The position numbers were made by a program, and so were the translations under genes. Below, one piece after another: positions 22,831-33,610 of a DNA stretch of 64,000 nucleotides (the first letter of the stretch is position 1; every line of letters starts with the position of its first letter). The notes below the pieces were generated by a model. It had not been told where the DNA came from. It searched no databases and worked only from the letters and a program-made list of their open reading frames with translations. The DNA comes from Mytilus californianus (Eukaryota). The stretch lies in the NCBI RefSeq assembly GCF_021869535.1, contig NW_026262593.1, positions 23,498,001-23,562,000 on the forward strand, given 5' to 3'.

Positions 22831-24131
22831 AGAATTAACTGGTGTAAGCAACAGTCCAACAGGAAATCCGTACGACTCTAATTTTGCCTTGCCAAACAGT
22901 ATTCCGCCAATGACCGCTGTGTCATTAATATGATTCACAGTATGTGTACCGACAGATATCCTGACATACCCAGCGACTAGGTTACTTCCGGGTATCTGAT
23001 GGTATGTTGTGTTGCTAGGTAACGGATGATTATCTAGTCTGAGGCCATTTTTCTGATTACCATTTACAATAAACATGAAATAATTTGTATAGTTTCCTAA
23101 TGAATATTCAGGAGTAGTAAATGTATAATGGGCAGCATATTGTTCAATTGGTGGAATAGTGATCAATGAAGGATCGGCATGATCAAGGCTACCCTTCTTC
23201 TGCGTCAGAGAAAACTGATACAAGGAAATAGGTTTGTCCGAGACAACATGAGAGTACAAGCCTGAGCTATAATGTTTTTGAACAGATTGTCCGGCTTTAA
23301 CAATAGTAAATTTTTCGTTGAATGGAACGCCTTGGTCCATGCCAGTTACAGTAATTACAGTATTGTCTTCACTTGCCACAAACTTAAATATATCGCCTAC
23401 GTTAAATCTCTCAGGAATAGGAACTGTGGCAAAATTTTTCCCCCATGAATCTACCGGAAGTAACATTTCAACAAGATGGTCACGTGATGCACCAGTATTA
23501 CCTACTACTGCTTTTTTGTTACCACTTAAAACTCCCACTGGCTTATCGGATATAATATGACTTCCGGTTAAATCTGCCACGGAACTGATCTCCAAGGTAC
23601 TATATATATTTATAGTAAGATTTATCCATTGATTTTGATGATAGGTGATTCCTTTTAAAGTAACATTCAGACCAGGCGTATTCGGTAATTGTATAGCAAC
23701 ATTTGTATGATGAGCGGTCCCGATGACTGTAAAAAGGGTATAGTAGTAAGAAGGAGAATATGAAATGGTGTAATATTCTTTGCCTAACGCATCAACAGGT
23801 AAGGCAAGATAACCATCAGCGGAATGTAGTTCTCGGTTAACACCATACACAACGATTTCATGGTCTGATTGGATCACTATTGCTTTCTTTACTAATTGAG
23901 TATGGTTCAATCGATAACTCGTATTCAGTTGAGTTAGGTGAACCTGGCCCTGCGTCACGGTAAATGATTCATAGAGTCGTAAAGAGTGGTGAGCTACTTT
24001 TGTAGAAATATTGACATGAACAAGTTGTTTACTATCCGTTGTTATAAACAATTCTGGCGGTATATCTTGGTTTGTTATTTTGTTATCCATAAAAGCTACC
24101 AAAAATTTCGTTCCTCTGTTATCTAAGGCAC
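22831..24131 (-). CDS. IgGFc-binding-like gene, exon 2 (IgGFc-binding protein N-terminal domain)
   Basis: ttgcaacag|GT GCC TTA GAT AAC AGA GGA (ALDNRGTKFLVAFMDN)...SYGFPVGLLLTPVNS|gtaagt; FCGBP motifs DGYLALPVDALGKEY, DKPVGVLSG, DHLVEMLLPVDSWGKNF. Confidence 0.93.
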
Positions 24132-26334
24132 CTGTTGCAATTGAAACAATGAAATAAAATCAAGCATACAACATACTTTTGTAAAATTTGTGCAAGAATG
24201 TCAGGGAACATGAAATACCCTCAAATGTTGTGTATAAAAGAAAAGAAAGAATATGGGTTTTCCATCCATGACACAAAATCCGTACATACACAGCAAAAAT
24301 TCCAAAAAAGCAAAGCACATCCTATATTGTTGTTCTTCAACTCAAACTCACAGTTTTACCACCGACAAACACTATGTACATGTAATGTGTTTTAACATGG
24401 TCAAAGTGGCAAGTGTCATGAGTGGAGTAGGAACTGATAACCCAGTCTGAAGCAAATGTGTTTATCCCTATTTTAGCGAGATTTGATCTGTTCATTCATT
24501 AGGTTTCTGTGTTGTGTTTTGCAGATTGCTGTACATTGTTTACATTAAAAAACAAATTCTCAAAAAACAAAAGTCCTCTTAACATTTCATATACAACCGT
24601 AATTTGTTTTGTTATCTATGTTGATATAAAATAAAATTGTCAGGACTTTATTTCACTGTTTGACCAATGTTATTTTTGATAAATCGTATTCAAATGTTAA
24701 ATACAGAGTTTCATATTCAATATTCCTCCCAAAGCAATCTGGGAATTGCAAAAACTAGACTATTTCGTTTGTTATAAAAAGAAAATATCACACAATTTGC
24801 GTATATGCCGAAATAAATTTAAATACTTTACTTTTGTGTTTTTGTTTTAGTAAAAGTTAATGCTGAGTTCACATTAAAACTTCCAGGAAAATATGCGCAT
24901 CGAGGAAAATTGATTATTCAATTTTATAAAGGGACAACCATTTGAATTTCTGGGTGGAGGGGCAGGAGGATTTTGACAATGGAATAGCTTGGCCTGGTGA
25001 GAACTGAAAATAATATCTTTGCACAATACAGGATGAAAATGAATAATCTGCTTCATGAAATGCGGGATACTTGAGGATATAAATGTGAACAAAAGTGAAA
25101 TTAAATTTTCGCACGGCAAATATAATTTTAATAATCCTGTTCTTGGAATACATTTATATAACAGTAACGAGGACACCAGATAAGACGATAAGTGTATTAA
25201 TAATTAGCTCGTTCTTTATGTTACTTTTATGAATAACCCCGATGTCCGCTACGAGTAATAGCTTTTCTAAAAAAACTCGTCGTCTTCTGCCTATTTTAGT
25301 TATACAATTGTTGGTTAAGTAAACACTGTAAAGTATAACCTTTAGTCAAGTAAAGAATTTTTCACAAACTGTTTAAAGAATCCTTGCATATTGTAGTACT
25401 TGACACATTCTAGAGGTTATTGATGTGTAAACTGCGACAGATTAACTCACACAACCTGAATAAAAGTCCGACATGGCAACTTAGTACATACAATGTAAGG
25501 AAACGATCAAAACATAATTCATTTCTTGTTTTAGTTTTATGTTTACAAGATGGCTGCATGCATTATATTGGAGAGTAATTTTTCTAGGCATTCAACGATC
25601 TCCTTTTTTTTTGTTCTCGTCCTTAGTATGTATTTAACGTTTAGACATTAAGAAATCAACAAGGAATTATGATAACATACATACAAGTGTATTGCCGTTC
25701 CAAGACCATTTTCACAGATGTTTTTGGTCAGAATATGATTTATTTTAGTGGAAAGTAACCCTCATGAATAAGAGTTTTAAGTTAACATGGTTAATTACTT
25801 ATGAATAATAATTATTCTTCAGTATCAATCACCGTGTTTATTGGTTTTGGTTTGTGAACATTATTACAGAAAGCAAGTTTTCAGGAGTACGTTCAATTAT
25901 TTAATCATAATTATATTAAAAAAACAGTACATTTATACATAATTTGTGTCACCATTTTTGACTGCTCCATCGAGCAAGTAGCCGGCAATTAGTTCATAGT
26001 TGACATTGCGTGTAATAGACATGGCAATCAAGCACTGACTATGAAGCAAAAGATGAAAACAGACTCAACATGCAGATATCTTATACGTTCGGGTATTTCA
26101 CATCCAATCTTTTATGGTAATATTCTTTACAAAGCACAAAAATGTCAGTATTCACCTCAAAAGCTAACAAAACCTTTAAACAGACTTATTAAGAAGGGAT
26201 ATAGTTACGATACTGTCATTAAAGATTGCATATTTGGCTTTAATATTAATTCACTTATAGGGTCTTTGCATCGGAATTAAACACATTTATTCTAAAACCA
26301 GTTGTTGGCATGACACGGGTTATGTTCTTCTCAT

Positions 26335-26395
26335 ATATTTTATGACGGTATAATACTAAACCCCTAACAGGAGGGATTGTGCCTAATATTCATAA
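26335..26395 (+). promoter_or_regulatory. SECIS-like element (3' GA mutated to AA)
   Basis: AUGAC-GGUAUAAU...AAA-CCCCU..GAGGG-AUUGUGCC-UAAU. Confidence 0.55.
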
Positions 26396-26593
26396 GATGA
26401 AGACATAATCTTTTAATCAGTTTAATTGAGGTTTGGAGCTGGCATGTCAGTAACTGCTAGTAGTCCGTTGTTATTTATGTATTATTGTCTTTTTTGTTTA
26501 TTTTCTTTTGTTTCTTATTCTGACATCGGACTCGAACTTCTCTTATACTGAGTTTTACTGTACGTACTGTTGTGCGTTTGTTTTTTCTACATT

Positions 26594-26684
26594 GGCTAGA
26601 GGTATAGGGGGAGGGTTGAGATCTAAAAAACATGTTTAACCCCGCCGCATTTTTGCGCCTGTCCCAAGTCAGGAGCCTCTGGCC
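26594..26684 (+). ncRNA. Type-P5 twister ribozyme (R2; intact core, predicted cleavage U26637^A26638)
   Basis: P5 GGCUAGAGGU:GCCUCUGGCC; P2 GGG:CCC; GA; T1 GGG:CCC; UAA; CGC; P3 CGCA:UGCG; P4 CCUG:CAGG, loop UCCCAAGU. Confidence 0.88.
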
Positions 26685-28399
26685 TTTGTTAGTCTTGTAT
26701 CATTTTTTAATTTTAGTTTCCTGTGTATAATTTGGAGTTTAGTATGACGTCCATTATCATTGAACTAGTATACATATTTGTTTAGGGGCCAGCTGAAGGA
26801 CGCCTTCGGGTGCGGGAGTTTCTCGCTGCATTGAAGACCCATTGGTGGCCTTCTGCTGTTGTCTGCTCTATGGTCGGGTTGTTGTCTCTTTGACACATTC
26901 CCCATTTCCATTCTCAATTTTATTTGTTTCATATTTTGTTTTTGTTTACACGATATATGATATTGAATGAAGAGTTCTACCACATAGGTTATTGATGAGA
27001 TTTTTTTCTATAGCAAACATAAGTACGGTATGGGGTTTTCTCATTGTTGAAGGTCGTACTGTGGCCTACAATTGCTTACTACCACTTCATTTGGTCTCTG
27101 GTGGATATTTGTGTCATTGGAAATCAAACCACATTTCCTCCTATTTATATTAGTACATACAGCTCTTTTTCAAAACATGTCTTTATAGCTTGTACATGTA
27201 ATCAAACAAACGAATTTTTCAGAAATGTTTGTATTAAGTTTTTAGCATCAGTGGAATAAAATCAGTGATTCTTTTAAAAAATTTAAAAAACGAAGACAAA
27301 TAAGAAAATATTAATTAAACTGATGAATATTTACAATATAGAAAGAAAGAAGGAAAGAAAGAAAGAAAAGTGCTTTCTGTGGTTTTTTTTTCGTATTTTA
27401 AAACCAAAAGAATTATTGTGAATATTATTACGTTTGATTTTTTGGATTTTTTTTTAATGGAGACTTCTTGTGTTGCAATGACATGAAATATATCAAGGTT
27501 TTCTGCGCCAGTTTAGTAACTTTTAGGAATTAATTCTTTTTTCACTTTTCAAACAAAAGTGATAGAAACTATGAAAAAGATAGCAATGAGTGCAAAGATG
27601 GTGCCTTTCTTGTGTTGTATAAAGTATATCTTATATATTAGATTTGCAATTCATTCTTTCATTTTGTTGTATTTTACTACGATGCCGGTAAATTAGCCAT
27701 CTAAGGATTTGTATTAATGATTCGCGGTGCTGTTGTCAATGAATTTCGTAAATAATTGTACCGTGTGCTTGATTGATATCTCAATTCTAAGAAAATCGAA
27801 TTATTTTAAGAAAAAAACAACTGAAAAGAGGCTTTGACGAATCTTACTCCGTTTAGAAAAAGAAGTATACACGCATGTTTACTGAATGCCGATTCTTGAA
27901 CAGCCAGCTATCCCTTTTTTTCGGTATATCACTTTAAATGGGAAATTTAGTACATAACAACCATCGTATGAAATTGAATTATTTTTTCTTTATATTATTG
28001 AAATAATGTAACGTATACGTACAGAATACATATTTTGCCAGTTATTGACCTAAGCTGTCTGGGACGCCATTTTATGACGTTACATTTTAAACGGAAGTAT
28101 TTCGAGGGTGGGTGTACCGGATTGAAGGATTTCATGTCACCAGCATTATTTGAATGCAGTATTACCCGAAATCATAATAACTAATCTCGCAACTTTTATT
28201 AAATTTTGCAACAACCCCAAAAATAACAAATTTCTGAAGTAACAGTATTTCATAAGTTTGGGCATGATACCGCCTTGGTATAAAATTAGGGGGAATCGAG
28301 CTAAATTCATAACATATTTACACTAAATCCATTGGATTTGTACTGATTAATATGTATTCTTGTCTAAAAGAGCATGGTTATTTTATTAATTGATTCTTG

Positions 28400-28760
28400 C
28401 CAATCTGATTTTTGCAGTTTGTTATTACGTTGTGATGTTACACCACTGTCCCAAGTAAGGGGACGATGCGCACTCATAAACAATTTTAACCCTGTTACAT
28501 TCTATAGGTGCTTATCCCAAGTCAGGAGCATGTAATTCCGTGGTTGCCGTAGGTTGCTGTCTGTCATACATGTATATGTTTTTTTTGTTTATTATACTGT
28601 CACGAAAAAGCCGTTGTCTTTTTTTTTCAATGAATTGTTTCACATTTTGTCATGTCATGGAATAATCGATTATAGCTTAATATACGACATTGGCCAGGGT
28701 TTTGCTCATTATTGAAGGCCGTTCAATGAGCTATTACTTCTCTACATCCATTCATAATTT
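28400..28760 (+). mobile_element. Degenerate R1b-type copy with decayed twister (about 28448-28535)
   Basis: ...ggggacgatgcgcactcataaacaattttaaccctgttacattctataggtgcttatcccaagtcaggagc. Confidence 0.55.
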
Positions 28761-28874
28761 CTCGTCCTTTTCTTTATTCTTGGCTGAAACTGAATCATGC
28801 AAGATTTACATTTGGTAGTGTTGGTTTTTAGTCCAGTTTTATACATGCGTAAATTATACATTAAACAACTTTAC

Positions 28875-28932
28875 CTCGCGCAATCTGCACTATACATATC
28901 CATGTACATATATTTAGGTAGGAGAAAATCAT
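28875..28932 (-). CDS. IgGFc-binding-like gene, exon 1 (signal peptide)
   Basis: ATG...MIFSYLNICTWICIVQIAR-G|gtaaag; phase 1 joins exon 2; TATA-like TTTAAATA about 60 nt upstream of the ATG. Confidence 0.75.
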
Positions 28933-30809
28933 TTTGACAATGCTACTCCTAAAACCCACTCTGACAATGACTTCCTATCAATTCCTTAGCCTATTTAAAT
29001 GTAAGCCATTCAGTTTAAAGTAAGTTCAAGACATACATTGTTGTGTATAATAAATACGGTAAGAGTTCGTTCTGGCACTCGCACCCTAGGAAATAAACAC
29101 ACATGTCATACAAATATTGTCAAACATGCAGTAAAACGGTTATGTAATGAATCATTCCCTAAATATAGAATTAGGAGAAAGGCGTGCAAAAGAAAGATCT
29201 AAATATAAGAAATAAAAATAATGGAATAAATGTATAAATTATCAAATATCAAAAAGAACTCGTTATCGGTTGTCCTTTTAAAATAAAGTTCACGTCTCCT
29301 TGATGTATACCCAACATTCCCTTTGTTATGACTGTACACTAAGTACTTGCCATGGCAATGTCAGTTGGTTTTCGACTTATGGGTTTGAATATCCTTTTGG
29401 TATCTTTTGCCTCTCTTTTACTTCCTGCTACAACAAAGGGGTTCTTTATGTTTCTTTAACATCGTTTAATCATATCACTCAATTTTTTTATTATTTTTGG
29501 TTTTGCCGTGACAATTTTAAAGGATTGCTTTAATGCTAGTTGGTGCACAAATGGTTTAAATAGATGTGCTTTTCAGCAACAAAGTAAAACATTCTGAATC
29601 TGTCTATTCTGAGTCTTATCAATTTAAGTGCACTTAATAAGAAGGTATAAACGCCCACGGACTAACAATTCAAGGTAATGGTGACACCACTGTTTTCTGA
29701 TAAAAATGTTAAGTAAGTACATGCAACTCTGTAATACTTTTGATTTTGGTAAGACTACGAGATTCTTATCAATGACGAAACATTGCTTGACATAAGACTT
29801 AATGTAGTCATTTTATGTAATCATTATATAATTTGGCCGCCTCTGTGGTCACATGATAGCGTGTATTGATCTTCTGTATAGTCAAACCAACGACACGACG
29901 CGAACAAAGACGTTACCAATTAACGAATCAGTATATTATATATTTCATGCACTATATTCGTTATTTTATGACCTCAGTTCAAAATCCAAAATTATGATTT
30001 GGTTGTCAATTATGCGATGAAGTGAATAAAAGAATTTTAAAGAAGAAGGAGGCCATAATCGAGTTCTATATAAAAATAAGGAGATGTGGACAAATTTCCA
30101 AAAGTACCAAAGACAAAATAGGTGACCAATTACATTTCACGGTATGTCCATCAATATTTTTAATGAGCTAAACCCTTACCGAATAAGCGGTAAACGGTCT
30201 GTATAACAAAACATGAAATAATTCTAAAGAAAAAACCAACAATCTATTATGAAAATAAGGAGGTGTGATTTAATTGTTTACGGGACAGCTATAAATATAT
30301 ATATATATATATAAGGATACAAATGGCGTAGATGTAAGCAACTATAGGTCACCGTACGGCCTTCAATAATTAGCAAAACCTTACCGTATAGTCAGCTATA
30401 AAAGGCCCAGACATTTGTCAAGCTGTTTAAAATATATTAAGTTTTCGAATTGTTATTTCAAATTCATTTTTATAAGGAAAATTACAGAAAAAGACAAAGA
30501 CAAACATCGACACCCGAATCATAAAAAAAGACATACAGACAGAGGAAGACAAAAAAAATATAGCGAATAGCATGATCAACACTTACTTATGGCACACAAG
30601 GTGGTCGGGTTAAACGCACTATACCCTTTCCCGTTTGTAGATCTACACCAGATGACGTGAAGGTTAAAATCACAATAAAAAAACCTACATAATAGTCAAA
30701 TTACCAACATACTGAAAACTAACATAAACAGTAAATAAAAGGATTCACAGAACATGGAAAGTTGGTATTCTAAAACCAGTTGTTGGCATGATACGAGTTA
30801 TGTTCTTCT

Positions 30810-30874
30810 CATATATTTTATGATGTTATGATACTTAACCCCTAACGGGAGGGATTGTGCTTGATTTTCATATG
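30810..30874 (+). promoter_or_regulatory. SECIS-like element (core intact)
   Basis: AUGAU-GUUAUGAU..AA-CCCCUAACGGGAGGG-AUUGUGCU-UGAU; helix I CAUAU:AUAUG. Confidence 0.65.
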
Positions 30875-31071
30875 ATGAAGACACAATCTTTCAATCTGTT
30901 TAATTGAGGTCTGGAGCTGGCATGTCAGTAACTGCTAGCAGTCCTTTGTTAATCTATGTATCATTGTCATTTTGCTTAGTTTCTTTTGTGACCTATTCTG
31001 ACATCGGACTCTGACTTCTTTTAAACTAAGTTTTACTGTGCGTATTACTGTGTGATTGTTTATTCTACATT

Positions 31072-31163
31072 GGCTAGAGGTATAGAGGGAGGATTGAGAT
31101 CTCACAAAACATGTTTAACTCCGCCGCATTTTTGCGCCTGTCCCAAGTCAGGAGCCTCTGGTC
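31072..31163 (+). ncRNA. Twister-like motif (R2; mismatches in P2 and T1)
   Basis: Same layout as 26594 with AGG-GA-GGA and CUC substitutions. Confidence 0.65.
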
Positions 31164-31499
31164 TTTGTTGGTCTTGTATGTATTTTAATTTTAGTTCATT
31201 TATATGTTTTGGGGTTTAGTTTGACGTCCATTTTCATTGAACTAGTACACATTTTTGTTTAGGGGCCAGATGAAGCCCGCCTCCGAGTGCGGAATTTTCT
31301 CGCTGTGTTGAAGACCCATTGGTAACCATCGGCTGTTTCTGGTCGGGTTGTTGTCTCTTTGACACATTCCCCATTTCCAATCTCAATTTTATCAAAATGT
31401 ATGGAACGCCATAGCTGTCTTAGGTGGCAAAAAGAAATTCTATGTTGTGGATTTATTTTAATTTTATTTTGTTCTCCTACTAATATATGCTGTGAGTAT

Positions 31500-32060
31500 T
31501 TAATTATATGCTGTGGGTTTTTAATTACCAGTATATGCTTCAGGTATATGATTTTATGATGTGGTTCTGTTATTATAAGTATGATGTAGCTCTATTATAT
31601 TATATGCCATTGTTCTTTTTATTATATGGTATGGTTCTTTTATTATATGCCATGAATCTTTTAGTATATACCATGGTTCTTTTATTATATGATATGGTTC
31701 TATTATTATATGCTGTGGTCCTGTTATCATATCCTGTGGTCCTGTTATCATATCCTGTGGTTCTAATCTGTTATTTTATGCTTTGGTTCTATTATTGTAT
31801 GCTGTGGTTCTATTATTACATGCTGTGGTTCTGATACTGTACGTTGTGGTCCTGTCATTATATGTCGTGGTTCTATAATCATGTGATGCAGTCCTGTTAT
31901 TGTTTGTTGTGGATCTGTTATTATATTCTACGGTTCTATATTTGTATGTTGTGGTTATGTTATTATATGCTGTGGTTCTATTATTGTATGCTGTGGTTCT
32001 GCTATTACATGCCGTGATTCTGTTATTATATGCTATGATTCTGTTATGATATATCATGTT
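31500..32060. repeat. Degenerate minisatellite, about 21 bp
   Basis: Unit approximately ttattatatgctgtggttct(a/g); resumes at 32985. Confidence 0.9.
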
Positions 32061-32067
32061 TCTTTTA

Positions 32068-32978
32068 GGAGTAATACCACTATTGTTTTCCCCTTATAAG
32101 TCTTTGTTAAAATGTAATTTTTCAAGAAATTGTGAACTTATCTTTGTTTCAAATAAAGAAATAATTGGCATGAGTACCACAGTCAAAATTTCACATAACA
32201 TTTCATTGCATATAACATAATAACCATCTCTGGAAGTTAACCAATCAAATTTTAACCCCTTTTTACGTGTTTACAAGCTTAAGTAACCATGTCACCTCAA
32301 GTTTCCAAAATATTTTATAAAAACACCAAATAGAAACAGATTGGGGCTTTAAAATACCAAAGCCTTATGTTTATGACGCAGAAATATTTTATTGCAATGA
32401 ATTGTGGGGTTAAAATCTTACAACTGTCAAATTCAAGGGGATATTTTTTTTTATCCTTTTTCGTAAGAAACCGAATGTGATGTACTAAGTGTTGGTGGTA
32501 TTACACCTTTATTTAGATGTTAGACCACCAATTCACCCACTCAAAACACATGTAAAAGTAGCCCTTCCCTGAAAAAAATAGTGCTTTTGATGTCATTGTT
32601 CACTTTAACTATCTAACAAATGTGCATAAATGAAACGTGTGGCGAAAGATAAATATATTAAGACTATTTTGGGCCAAAGGTTACTTGTCCATGAGTTTGC
32701 ATTAAAAAATGAAGATTAATGCGCTCCATAGTATACTTAGTTAAGATTTCCAAAAACCAGGGGATTATTTTTAGTTGTAGTTGACATCCAAACGGTTGGG
32801 TTTCACTACAAGAATTTAAACATTGGTTGAAAATTGGCGTATAGAAAGGTGATACAAGTACAATTCACGATATACATGGTTTCTGTGAAGTTAAACTTAA
32901 GGTACAATATTGAGAAAGTTGTGATCATTGAAAATCTTTGTTAATTATATAGGGGTTTTGAACTCGGGGTCTGACACC
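32068..32978. mobile_element. Probable non-autonomous DNA transposon (TTAA-type, Kolobok/piggyBac-like) inserted in the satellite
   Basis: Interrupts the array; degenerate TIR GGAGTAATACCAC vs RC GGTGTCAGACCCC; flanks TTTA / TTAA. Confidence 0.45.
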
Positions 32979-33070
32979 TTAATGGCTTTGGTTCTTTTAT
33001 TATACGCCGTGAATCTGTTGATTTGTATGATGTGGCTCTGTCATTATATTCTGCGGTTTCATTATTATAT

Positions 33071-33610
33071 GCTGTAGTTCTGTTATTGTATGCTGTGATT
33101 CTATTATAAGCTAATGTGAGTATTAAAAAGTATATGCTGTACGTATTTAATTATATGCTGTGGTTCTGTTATTGTATGCTGTGATTCTATTATTAGCTAA
33201 TGTGAGTATTAAGAAGTATATGTTGTACGTATTTAATTATATGCTGTGGTTCTGTTATTGTATGCTGTGATTCTATTATTAGCTAATGTGAGTATTAAGA
33301 AGTATATGTTGTACGTATTTAATTATATGCTGTGGTTCTGTTATTGTATGCTGTGATTCTATTATTAGCTAATGTGAGTATTAAAAAGTATATGTTGTAC
33401 GTATTTAATTATATGCTGTGGTTCTGTTATTGTATGCTGTGATTCTATTATTAGCTAATGTGAGTATTAAGAAGTATATGTTGTACGTATTTAATTATAT
33501 GCTGTGGTTCTGTTATTGTATGCTGTGATTCTATTATTAGCTAATGTGAGTATTAAGAAGTATATGTTGTACGTATTTAATTATATGCTGTGGTTCTGTT
33601 ATTATACGTT
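33071..33610. repeat. 86-bp higher-order repeat, about 6 copies
   Basis: gctgtggttctg recurs at 33157, 33243, 33329, 33415, 33501 and 33587 (period 86). Confidence 0.92.

Larger units (their letters stand above)
26060..26925 (+). mobile_element. 5'-truncated Penelope-like (Naiad-type) copy: RT tail plus 3' UTR, subfamily R2
   Basis: RT tail GISHPIFYGNILYKA...SLIGSLHRN* (to 26280), then SECIS-like hairpin (26342), twister (26594) and terminus ccccatttccattctcaatttt. Confidence 0.8.
30770..31395 (+). mobile_element. R2 3' UTR copy (5'-truncated PLE)
   Basis: Colinear with 26290-26925. Confidence 0.85.

Noticed and set aside
31508-32057. ORFs of 108, 65 and 93 aa
   Set aside because: Translations of the 21-bp satellite.
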